A DNA stretch of 64,000 nucleotides from Planctomycetota bacterium (lineage in GTDB: Bacteria; Planctomycetota; UBA8742; UBA2392), in NCBI GenBank assembly GCA_003576915.1, contig QEVF01000011.1, positions 44,260 through 108,259 on the forward strand, read 5' to 3'. The position numbers and the translations under genes were made by a program. Within the stretch, counting starts at the first letter, position 1; every line of letters starts with the position of its first letter. A model generated the notes under the pieces. That model was not told where the DNA came from. It searched no databases and saw nothing but the letters and a program-made list of their open reading frames with translations. Positions 25,029 through 33,216 of the stretch are shown here, piece by piece.

Positions 25029-25982
25029 TTACTTGAACAGCAGGCTCACGCTTTCGCTGAAATGGATGCGCTTGATGGCCTCCGCAAGCAGCCCCGCCAC
25101 GCTCAGCACCTTGAGCTGCGGGAACTCCTTGCCCTGGGTGGGAATCGTGTCGCACACCACGCATTCCTGCAGCGGGGCGTTGCTCAGGCGCTCCACGGCG
25201 GGGCCGCACATCACAGGATGGGTGCATGCAACGTAAATCTCGCCCGCCCCGAACTTCTTGCAGGCCTTGGCCGCGTCTACGATGCTGCCGCCCGTGGCGA
25301 TCATGTCGTCAATGATGACACAGACCTGCCCCTCGACGTTGCCGATCATGTCGAGGAACTCCGTCTCTTCGCCGCTCACGCGCCGCTTGTCGACAATGGC
25401 CAGGCCCGCGTTCAGGCGCTTGGCGTAGCCGCGCGCCACCTTGCTGCGCCCGACATCAGGCGCGACAATCGTGATGTTGCGCGTCTCCAGCCGCTTCTTG
25501 AGGTCACGGAAATACTCAAACAGCACGGGCGCGGCATAAAGATGGTCCACGGGGATGTCAAAGAACCCCTGAATCTGGGCCGAGTGCAGGTCCATGGTCA
25601 GGACCCGGTCATAGCCGGACACGCCGATGCAGTTGGCGACAAGCTTGGCCGAAATCGGCACGCGCCCCTCATCCTTGCGGTCCTTGCGCGCATAGCCGTA
25701 GTAGGGAATCACCGCCGTGATGCGCTCAGCCGAAGCGCGGCGGGCCGCGTCTCCGAACAGCAGCATCTCGATCAGGTTGTCGTTGACGGGCGGGCAGGTG
25801 CTCTGGATGAAGAAGCAGTCCACGCCGCGGACGTCGTCGTAGATCTTGACGTCGATTTCGCCGTCGGGGAACTTTTCGATGCGGGCGTTGCCCAGCGGCA
25901 TTTCCAGCGCGTCGCAGATGGCCTTGGCCAGCGCGGGGTTCGAGTTTCCGGCGAAAACTTTGAGACCTTTGCTGCGAGCCAT
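25029..25982 (-). CDS. prs: Ribose-phosphate pyrophosphokinase
   Basis: LKVFAGNSNPALAKAICD..FPDGEIDVKI..; ..VCVIIDDMIATGGSI.. PRPP-binding loop. 317 aa. Confidence 0.95.
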   Translation of the reverse strand: MARSKGLKVFAGNSNPALAKAICDALEMPLGNARIEKFPDGEIDVKIYDDVRGVDCFFIQSTCPPVNDNLIEMLLFGDAARRASAERITAVIPYYGYARKDRKDEGRVPISAKLVANCIGVSGYDRVLTMDLHSAQIQGFFDIPVDHLYAAPVLFEYFRDLKKRLETRNITIVAPDVGRSKVARGYAKRLNAGLAIVDKRRVSGEETEFLDMIGNVEGQVCVIIDDMIATGGSIVDAAKACKKFGAGEIYVACTHPVMCGPAVERLSNAPLQECVVCDTIPTQGKEFPQLKVLSVAGLLAEAIKRIHFSESVSLLFK

Positions 25983-26117
25983 GGTCGGGCACCCGTTTGA
26001 GCGAGGTTCTTATGCCTTGGCGCGGCACACTTGGAAAGCTCGCGTTTGGTGCTTCGTGCCGCACCTCGGGGGACACTGGCTGAAAGGTCTGTGCCCGAAC
26101 ACCCGAGAGCGCGCGGA

Positions 26118-27368
26118 CTATGCCTTCCTTTTCAGTACCCGGGCCGGCGCGCCCACGACAATCGTGTCGTCGGGCACATCCTTGTTCTTGGGCACCACCG
26201 TGTTCGCCCCTGTCTGGCCGCGCTTGCCGACCTTCACGGGCGCCACCAGAACGGTGCCGCAGCCGATGAAGGCCTCGTCGCCGATTTCGGTCTTGTGCTT
26301 CTGTTTGCCGTCGTAGTTGGCGACAATCGTGCCCGCGCCGATGTTCACGTCTTTGCCGAGCGTCACGTCGCCCAGATAGGCGAGATGGCCGGCTTTGCTT
26401 TCGTCGCCGATCTTCGCGTTCTTGGTTTCAACAAACGCGCCCACTTTGCAGTCGTTGCCCACCACGGTACCGCTGCGCAGGTGCGCATAGGGGCCGATTT
26501 CGCAGCGCTCGCCGATCTGCACGCCGGCGTGAATGGCGGTGTAGGGGTAGATGGTGGTGTCGCGGCCGACTTTCACGCCCGCCTCAATGTAGGCGTTTTC
26601 GGGGTCCAGCACCGTAACGCCTCCGGCCATCAATTGCTCGACCACACGCCAGCGCGCGATTTTATCGCAGGCGGCGAGTTCTCTGCGTGTGTTGATGCCC
26701 AGCACCTCGCGCGAATCCTCGCAGCACCAGGCCGCCACAGACTGGCCGTCTTGTGCCAGCAGGTGAACGACGTCTGTGAGGTAATACTCCTTCTGTGCGT
26801 TGGCATTGGTCAGCCGGTCCAGACGCGCCACAAGCTCGGGACCATTGAACAGGTAAGTGCCCGAGTTGATCTCGCTGATGCGTTCCTGGCCCGGCTTGAG
26901 GTCTTTCTGCTCGACGATGGCTTTCACGCTGCCGCGCTCGTCGCGCAGGATGCGGCCGTAGCCCGCGGGTTTTTCCAGCACCGTGGTAAGAACCGTGGCG
27001 GCGGCGCGCGCGTCACGATGGCACTCCGCCAGCCGCTTCAGCGTGTCGGCCGTCAGCAGGGGCACGTCGCCGCAGAGCACGGCCACCTGCCCCGCGCCGG
27101 CCAGAGCCGCGCGGGCCTGCAACACGGCATGGCCGGTGCCCAATTGGGGCTCCTGCGCCACGAAGGTGAGTTTGTCCGGGGCGAACTCTTTGCGCACACC
27201 TTCGGCGCCGTGGCCCACAATCACGATGATTTCGTCGGGCGAAAGGGCGCGCGCGGCTTCCACGACCCAGCGCAGCATGGGCAGGCCCGCAATGGCGTGG
27301 AGCACCTTGGGCCGGTCCGACTTCATGCGTGTCGATTTGCCTGCGGCAAGGATGACGACCTTGAGCAT
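26118..27368 (-). CDS. glmU: Bifunctional GlcNAc-1-P uridyltransferase / GlcN-1-P acetyltransferase (short GlmU-like)
   Basis: MLKVVILAAGKSTRMKSDRPKVLH nucleotidyltransferase signature. C-terminal left-handed beta-helix hexapeptide repeats (..IGERCEIGPYAHLR..VGNDCKVGAFVE..). Confidence 0.85.
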   Translation of the reverse strand: MLKVVILAAGKSTRMKSDRPKVLHAIAGLPMLRWVVEAARALSPDEIIVIVGHGAEGVRKEFAPDKLTFVAQEPQLGTGHAVLQARAALAGAGQVAVLCGDVPLLTADTLKRLAECHRDARAAATVLTTVLEKPAGYGRILRDERGSVKAIVEQKDLKPGQERISEINSGTYLFNGPELVARLDRLTNANAQKEYYLTDVVHLLAQDGQSVAAWCCEDSREVLGINTRRELAACDKIARWRVVEQLMAGGVTVLDPENAYIEAGVKVGRDTTIYPYTAIHAGVQIGERCEIGPYAHLRSGTVVGNDCKVGAFVETKNAKIGDESKAGHLAYLGDVTLGKDVNIGAGTIVANYDGKQKHKTEIGDEAFIGCGTVLVAPVKVGKRGQTGANTVVPKNKDVPDDTIVVGAPARVLKRKA

Positions 27369-27504
27369 GGTGGCAATCTAGCAACGCCGCGCCATGACGC
27401 GAGGGGCGCAGAAGCGGCGCGGCGTGCATGCGGCAGGGGCGGCCTGCAGCCGGGCAGCAAAATGGGGGCGGCATGCGCCGCCCCCGGGCCGATCTTCGCG
27501 GCCA

Positions 27505-28437
27505 TCATCGGCCGCCGGCAGGCTTGGGCTCCACGGTTTTCAGGTAGAGCCACAGGGCGGTGATGTCGTCCTCGCTCATGTCCTTGTAGAGCTTGTAGGG
27601 CATGACTTCGCTGAGCTGGTCGCCGTTCTTGCGTTTTCCCTCGCGCAGCACGCGTCTGAAATCTTCAAAGGTGTAGGTGCCGATGCCCGTGGCCTTGTCC
27701 GGCGTGATGTTGCGCGCGGCGGGCCACTCCGGCGGCGCCCCGGGGATCTTGCCGCCGGAAAAGGAGAAGCCGTGGCAGCCCGTGCACACGTTGGCCAGAA
27801 CTTTGCCGTATTCCCGAGTCGGCCCTGGAGGCGGCGTGATGGGGCGCTCGGCCTCGTGGTCAATCAGCTCGGCCGAGAGCGTGATTTCACCGGCCAGCAT
27901 CAGCACGCGCGCCAGGGGGCCCACTGAAATCGGGGGCGTTTCGTTGTCCACCGGAGGCAGTTGCTTGAGGAAGGCGATCACCGCCCCCAGATCGTCGTCG
28001 CCAAATCCGTTGAAGTCCGTGGCCGGCATCAGCACCAGCGGGCGGCCATCCTTGGCCACGCCGTGGCGGATGGCCCGTACCCAGTCGATGTCGTGGAAAT
28101 CCCGGGTGCGGCTGCCCTTGCCTCGCGTCAGGTTCGGCCCGGCCATGAGCCCGATGGCGGGATCATTGACCACCACGCGGCCTGCGAAGTTGTCGCCGTG
28201 GCAATCCACGCAACCCATGAGCGTGCTGGCGAGATACCTGCCGCGCGCGATCTCGCGCGGATCGTCGTCGGGGATGAACACCGGCCTGGGGGTGACGTCG
28301 TAGCGCTGATTGAGGCGCGAGGTCGATAGGGCGTAGACCGTCGTGGTGCCGGCGGCGCCGAGAAAGAAGAGCGCCAGCGCCAGGTATACAAGCCAGCGCC
28401 AGAGCCGGCGGGGTTTGGGTGCGGAGTCAGTAGCCAT
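27505..28437 (-). CDS. Membrane-anchored dihaem c-type cytochrome
   Basis: N-terminal TM helix WRWLVYLALALFFLGAAG. Two CXXCH motifs (CVDCH, CTGCH). A distal Met candidate in ..SEVMPYKLY... Confidence 0.85.
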   Translation of the reverse strand: MATDSAPKPRRLWRWLVYLALALFFLGAAGTTTVYALSTSRLNQRYDVTPRPVFIPDDDPREIARGRYLASTLMGCVDCHGDNFAGRVVVNDPAIGLMAGPNLTRGKGSRTRDFHDIDWVRAIRHGVAKDGRPLVLMPATDFNGFGDDDLGAVIAFLKQLPPVDNETPPISVGPLARVLMLAGEITLSAELIDHEAERPITPPPGPTREYGKVLANVCTGCHGFSFSGGKIPGAPPEWPAARNITPDKATGIGTYTFEDFRRVLREGKRKNGDQLSEVMPYKLYKDMSEDDITALWLYLKTVEPKPAGGR

Positions 28438-28627
28438 GGCTTTGTCCTTTTCCTGTCAGTCCAATGAATGACGCATAAGCGTCGTGGCAGGAAAGTACTG
28501 CGCCAGGCTGCCGGGGGCTTCCTATGGGTGTCCTATTGCATCCTAAATGTTTGCTAAACGCGGCAAGGCCCGGCCTGCCCGCCGGCCACCGCGCGTGAAT
28601 CGGGCGGCCCGCTGCTACCATGGCGGC

Positions 28628-30043
28628 ATGGACGCCGAGTCCGCCTACCTGTTCTGCCATGCGCTGCTGCGTGACGCGGCTTACCAGCTTCAGCTCCCGG
28701 GCGATCGCGCCAGGCTGCACCGGCTGGCCTTTGACATCATGGAGCAACTGCACGGCGGCCGCGCCCCGGAAGTCCCCCCGGCAAGCGAGGACGACTCCGC
28801 CGCCCGGCCCCACGCCACGGACCGCGTCGCGGCGGAGCTGGCCGAGCACGCGGCGCTGGCCGTGGACGAGCGCGGCCAGTCTCTCCTGCCGGGCATGCAC
28901 CTGCTGTATCTGCAGCGCCATGCCAGCCACTGCGCCCGGCAGTTCCGGCTCGAGGCTGCAGCACGTTCCTGGCTGGCCGCCGCGTCCCTCCTGGACGCGG
29001 AGCAGCAATGGGCGGCGCTGCGGCTCGCGGCGCACTCCCTGCATCAGGCGGGCCGCAGTCAGGAGGCAGAGCCGATCGTGTCTCAGGCGCTGGCCAACGC
29101 GCGTGCCGCCCAGAATCGGCGGGCCGAAGGCTCCCTGCTTGAGCTGCTGGCCACCATACAGCGCGAACTCGGACTGCCGGACGCCGCCGAGTCCAACTAC
29201 CACCTGGCGCTGGCCGCCAACCGCGAATCCCGCGACCGCCGCACCGAAGGCATCGCCCTGGGCGGACTGGCCGTGGTCTACCAGAACACGGGCAGATTCG
29301 AACTCGCCCGCAGGACACTGCACCAGGCCTATGAGATTCACCGGGCATTGGGCAACCGCAAGTATGAGGGGGTGGCGCTGGGCAATCTCGCCATCACGGA
29401 AAAGGACGTCGGCAACTACTCGGCCTCCGAGCAGTTCTATGGGCAGGCCCTGGACGTGCAGCGTGAAACCGGCGAACGACGGCATGAGGGCCTGACACTG
29501 GCCAACCTGGCCACGCTTTATCGGGCCACAGGCCGCAACGAGGAAGCGGAGGAACTGCTGGCCCGTGCCCTGCGCACCCTGCGCGAGTGCGGTGATCGCC
29601 GCGGCGAGGGCACCGCCCTGACGACGCTGGCCGTGCTGTACCAGGCCACGGACCGCGTGGAACTGGCCGAGCGGACCTTTGCCGATGCGCTGCTGATTCA
29701 CCGCGAAGTGGGCAACCGGCGCTTTGAAGGCGTCACCCTGGGCAACGTCGCGTTGATCCAGTTCAACAGCGGCCGCGTCGAAGAGGCGGAGAGGAATTGC
29801 CGCCGGGCGCTTGAGATTCATCGCGAAGTCAAGCACCGGCGCTTTGAGGGCATCAACCTGTGCGACTATGCCCTGTGTCGAATGGCGCTGGGCCACCCGG
29901 CAGAAGCCAGGGCGCTGTGGCTGCAGGGCGCGGCCATCCTCCGGGAGCTGGCTGAAAGGGAAATCCACGAGCGCAAGCGCAAAGCCATGCAGCGAGCCTG
30001 CGCCAGAGCCGGCATCCCCCCGCTTGATGAGGGCGGTCCATGA
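28628..30043 (+). CDS. TPR-repeat protein resembling the C-terminal half of AAA(STAND)-TPR regulators (NTPase domain absent)
   Basis: Begins MDAESAYLFCHALLRDAAYQLQLPGDRARLHRLA, the post-NTPase F-H-x-L-x-x-D-A-A-Y helix as I remember it from these proteins. About 9 TPR units of type R.EG.AL.NLA.VY...G....A...Y..AL.I.RE.G follow. Confidence 0.7.
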   Translation: MDAESAYLFCHALLRDAAYQLQLPGDRARLHRLAFDIMEQLHGGRAPEVPPASEDDSAARPHATDRVAAELAEHAALAVDERGQSLLPGMHLLYLQRHASHCARQFRLEAAARSWLAAASLLDAEQQWAALRLAAHSLHQAGRSQEAEPIVSQALANARAAQNRRAEGSLLELLATIQRELGLPDAAESNYHLALAANRESRDRRTEGIALGGLAVVYQNTGRFELARRTLHQAYEIHRALGNRKYEGVALGNLAITEKDVGNYSASEQFYGQALDVQRETGERRHEGLTLANLATLYRATGRNEEAEELLARALRTLRECGDRRGEGTALTTLAVLYQATDRVELAERTFADALLIHREVGNRRFEGVTLGNVALIQFNSGRVEEAERNCRRALEIHREVKHRRFEGINLCDYALCRMALGHPAEARALWLQGAAILRELAEREIHERKRKAMQRACARAGIPPLDEGGP

Positions 30044-30100
30044 ACTCGCAGATGCCCGCAGGCGGAGACGCCCGTGCTGTTCGCCGCGCGCGAGCCTGCC

Positions 30101-30189
30101 GGCAGGCTGTTGAGGCAGTGGCAATCGGCCACTGCTTCAACCCGGTCGGGGCAGAGTGAATCCGGCCCGACCTCCATTTCCACGGCCTG
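30101..30189 (-). repeat. Intergenic repeat element, copy 3 (truncated: hairpins 3 and 4 only), inverted
   Basis: The reverse complement reads gcaggccgtggaaatggaggtcgggccggattcactctgccccgaccgggttgaagcagtggccgattgccactgcctcaacagcctgcc. It abuts the stop codon of the GspE-like gene. Confidence 0.8.
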
Positions 30190-32121
30190 CTAGGCCCTGT
30201 CGGCGTCGAGATCCACGATGCGGGCTTCAGCCTCGGGGATGTCATCCTCTTCAATGATACGGGCGGGCTGCGCCGGGCGCTTGACTTCGTCGTGCTTCTG
30301 AAAGCCCAGGGCAAAGACTTCATCCACGGAGGTCAGGCCCATTTCCAGCTTGCGAAACGCGCTGTCCAGCAGCATCTGCATGCCGCCCTCCCGGGCGCGC
30401 TGCTCAATGAGCCGCTCTTCGGCGCCGTGGCTGATCAGCTCGCGCAGGGGGTCGTCCAGTTCAAACAGCTCACTCACCGCCACGCGCCCCTTGTAGCCCG
30501 TGTGGCCGCAGTTGTCGCAGCCGCGCGGCAGCGCAACCGGGAAACTCACCGCGCGCGAAAAGTAGCGCTCCAGGGCCTGACGGATGGCGGGCGTGGGTTC
30601 ACGCAGTTCGCGGCAGTCAGCGCAGACCCTGCGCACCAGGCGCTGGCTCAAGGCCGCCAGCAGCGTGGCCGCGATCAGGTAGGGCTGGAGGCCCATGTTG
30701 ACCATGCGCGTGACAGCGGAAACGGCGGTGTTGGTGTGCAGCGTGGAAAGCACCAGGTGCCCCGTAAGCGAGGCGCGCACGCCCACCTCAAGCGTCTCGA
30801 GGTCGCGCATTTCGCCCACCATCATGATGTCCGGGTCCTGGCGCAGCATGGTGCGCAGCACCGAGGCAAAGGTCAGGCCGATCTTGGGGTGAACGTGCGT
30901 CTGGTTGACGCCCGCGACCGTGTACTCGATGGGGTCTTCCACGGTGACGATGTTGACGTCCTGCGTGTTGAGTTCGCGCAGGAAGCTGTAAAGCGTCGTG
31001 CTCTTGCCGCAGCCCGTGGGACCGCACAGCAGCACAATGCCGTGGGGCGAGTGAATGAGCCGCCGCATGTCGGACACGGTTTTCTCGTCAAAGCCCAGCA
31101 CGGCGAGGTCCAGCGCCGTCGCGCTCTGGTCGAGCAGGCGCAGCACCACCTTCTCGCCAAAGGCCGTCGGCATGGTGGAGACGCGCACGTCAATCATGCG
31201 GCCCAGAAAGCGCAGCTTCACACGGCCGTCCTGCGGCAGCCGGCGCTCGGCGATGTCGAGGCCCGAAATGATTTTCAGGCGCGAAACAATCGCGCTCTGC
31301 AGCGCCTTGGGCGGCGGGGCCACCGCGCGCAGGTCGCCGTCAATGCGGAAGCGCACCCGCAGATCGTGCTCCTGCGGCTCCACATGGATGTCGCTGGCCC
31401 TCATGCGCGCGGCTTCAAACAGCATGCTGTTCACATAGCGCACCACGGGTGCCAGGCCGGCTTCGCTCTTGAGGCGGGCGAAGTCCTTGTCGTCCATCTG
31501 TTCGCCGCCCACCTCGATGCGGAAGTCTTTCAGCTCGCCGACGGCTTCCTCCAGCGAGAGCGGGCTTTCAAAATAGGCCGTGGACAAGGCGTCACGTATC
31601 TGGCCCCGCGTGGCCACGGCGGTCACCGGCTCCAGCCCCGTGGACGTGCGGATGCTGTCCAGCGCCGTGAAATCGCTGGGGTCGGACATGGCCACCACGA
31701 TGCGGGCCGGCGTGCGGGTGTCCGGCGGCGGCTGGATGAACCTGACGCCGATGAGGCCGTGGCGCCGCGCGATGTTTTCAGGAATCATGCGAGCCGCGTC
31801 AGGCTCCACGGCGCCCAGCTTGTTCAGATCGAGGAACTCGATGCCCAGGGCCTCCGACAGGGCCGCGGCCAGGGCCTGATCGTTGATCAGCCCAAGCTCG
31901 ATCAGCACCGAACCGATCAGCCCCCCCGCCGTCTTCTGAACCTCCAGCGCGTGGGAAAGCTGGTCTGGCCGCAGTACGCCCTTCTTGACCAGAATCTCGC
32001 CCAGTTTGACGTGGGTGGCGTGCCGCAACTGGGTGTTGCCGTGGATGGGTTTGTCCAGGCTGCCCGCGGCATTCTGACCATGGCGGCCTGACGAATTTGG
32101 AGTGGTTGCTGGCTGCGGCAT
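30190..32121 (-). CDS. GspE/PilB/MshE-family secretion ATPase with N-terminal MshEN-type motif pair
   Basis: Walker A LLCGPTGCGKSTT, Walker B DPDIMMVGEMRD, His box GHLVLSTLHTN, tetracysteine CADC..CDNC. T2SSE_N ..IVVAMSDPSDFTALDSI... N-terminus KLGEILVKKGVLRPDQLSHALEVQ-KTAGG-LIGSVLIELGLINDQALAAAL. Confidence 0.9.
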   Translation of the reverse strand: MPQPATTPNSSGRHGQNAAGSLDKPIHGNTQLRHATHVKLGEILVKKGVLRPDQLSHALEVQKTAGGLIGSVLIELGLINDQALAAALSEALGIEFLDLNKLGAVEPDAARMIPENIARRHGLIGVRFIQPPPDTRTPARIVVAMSDPSDFTALDSIRTSTGLEPVTAVATRGQIRDALSTAYFESPLSLEEAVGELKDFRIEVGGEQMDDKDFARLKSEAGLAPVVRYVNSMLFEAARMRASDIHVEPQEHDLRVRFRIDGDLRAVAPPPKALQSAIVSRLKIISGLDIAERRLPQDGRVKLRFLGRMIDVRVSTMPTAFGEKVVLRLLDQSATALDLAVLGFDEKTVSDMRRLIHSPHGIVLLCGPTGCGKSTTLYSFLRELNTQDVNIVTVEDPIEYTVAGVNQTHVHPKIGLTFASVLRTMLRQDPDIMMVGEMRDLETLEVGVRASLTGHLVLSTLHTNTAVSAVTRMVNMGLQPYLIAATLLAALSQRLVRRVCADCRELREPTPAIRQALERYFSRAVSFPVALPRGCDNCGHTGYKGRVAVSELFELDDPLRELISHGAEERLIEQRAREGGMQMLLDSAFRKLEMGLTSVDEVFALGFQKHDEVKRPAQPARIIEEDDIPEAEARIVDLDADRA

Positions 32122-32180
32122 GCCCTGGTCTTTCGAATCGCCTGCCCAAGAGGTCCTCGCGGGTTTGCTCGAGGGGCGGG

Positions 32181-32672
32181 CTATTCGTCCTTGCGGTACT
32201 TGCCGTGGCAGCCGTCGTCACTGCAGGAGGTGGCCAGCTTCTCCTTCTGTTTGTCGGCTTCCTTCCAGTCGCTCTTCTTGGCGGCCTTGGAGAAGTCCTG
32301 GGCGGCCTTCTTCAGTTCAGCAACCCAGTCCTTGTAGTCCTTGGCTTCGCGCATTTCCTTGAGGTGGTGCTTGAGCATTTTGTCCGCCGCTTCCGCCAGC
32401 TTGTCAGCGGCCTCGGCGGCCTTGTCGCCCATCTTGGACTTGGCGTTGATCTTGAGCTTGTTCCAGTTGTCCTTGCACTCCTCCATCAGCTTCTCGTAGG
32501 CGGCGTCATCGAGCCACTCTTCCTTGGGAGGGTCCTTCTTGGGCTCTTCCTTTTTGGGCTCTTCCTTCTTGGGCTCTTCCTTCTTGGGCGCGCCGTTGCC
32601 CTGGGCCTGAAGGGCCAGTGTGCCAAAGCCGAGAAGTCCCAACAGGCTGATAGAAAGTGCCAGCAAGCGCAT
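32181..32672 (-). CDS. Secreted helical protein, cytochrome c'-like (class II), with C-terminal CX4CH and KKEEP repeats
   Basis: Signal peptide MRLLALSISLLGLLGFGTLALQA. Lys/Glu/Ala-rich helices. C-terminus ..KLATSCSDDGCHGKYRKDE resembles the C..CH.KYR end of cytochromes c' but with 4 residues between the Cys. Confidence 0.55.
   Translation of the reverse strand: MRLLALSISLLGLLGFGTLALQAQGNGAPKKEEPKKEEPKKEEPKKDPPKEEWLDDAAYEKLMEECKDNWNKLKINAKSKMGDKAAEAADKLAEAADKMLKHHLKEMREAKDYKDWVAELKKAAQDFSKAAKKSDWKEADKQKEKLATSCSDDGCHGKYRKDE
32535..32588 (-). repeat. 15-bp tandem repeat encoding P(KKEEP)x3KK
   Basis: Plus strand cttcttgggctcttcc repeated three times. Encodes PKKEEPKKEEPKKEEPKK right after the signal peptide. 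Confidence 0.9.
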
Positions 32673-32910
32673 GAAGTGCTCCCAAAGTCAGTGGCCGCCC
32701 CGTCGTGCATGATACGCCAAGGGCAGGGCAAGGTCGCGCGAATTTGCCCAAGCCCCCCGGTCCTGCCGGAATTGCGTCACAGGATCGGGGACCGGCCAAA
32801 AGGCATGTCCCCCCGCCGTGCGAAATAAATCGCCCAAATTGCCGTTAATCGCTACAATGGCGCTGTAGGACCGCGACAGGCACCAGCGCCAGTTCACAGA
32901 CATTCGGGAT

Positions 32911-33207
32911 TTGAGCATGTCGGCAAAGAAGCGTCCGGACGAAAAAGCCCAGGACCAGCAGGTCAGCCCCGGGCTCGTAACGGCCATGTTTGATCGCGTG
33001 CGCCTTATCAAGCGCAAGCACCCTGATACCTCCCGCCGTATCGACACCCACGAGTCCGAGATCCGCGAAAAGCTGATGCAGATCAAAGACGCCATCGACG
33101 AGTTCCCCGCCATGGAAAAGGAACTCATCACCGTTCTGGTCATCAACGGTATCCACAAGATGTGCGATGAAATCCTGATCGATTCCGACGAAGAGTCCGA
33201 AGGCTAG
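32911..33207 (+). CDS. Hypothetical acidic 98-aa protein upstream of the Ser/Thr kinase
   Basis: High-GC3 ORF ending 9 nt before the kinase ATG. No family recognised. Helical, with a DSDEESEG tail. Confidence 0.5.
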   Translation: MSMSAKKRPDEKAQDQQVSPGLVTAMFDRVRLIKRKHPDTSRRIDTHESEIREKLMQIKDAIDEFPAMEKELITVLVINGIHKMCDEILIDSDEESEG

Positions 33208-33216
33208 AGGCGCGGC

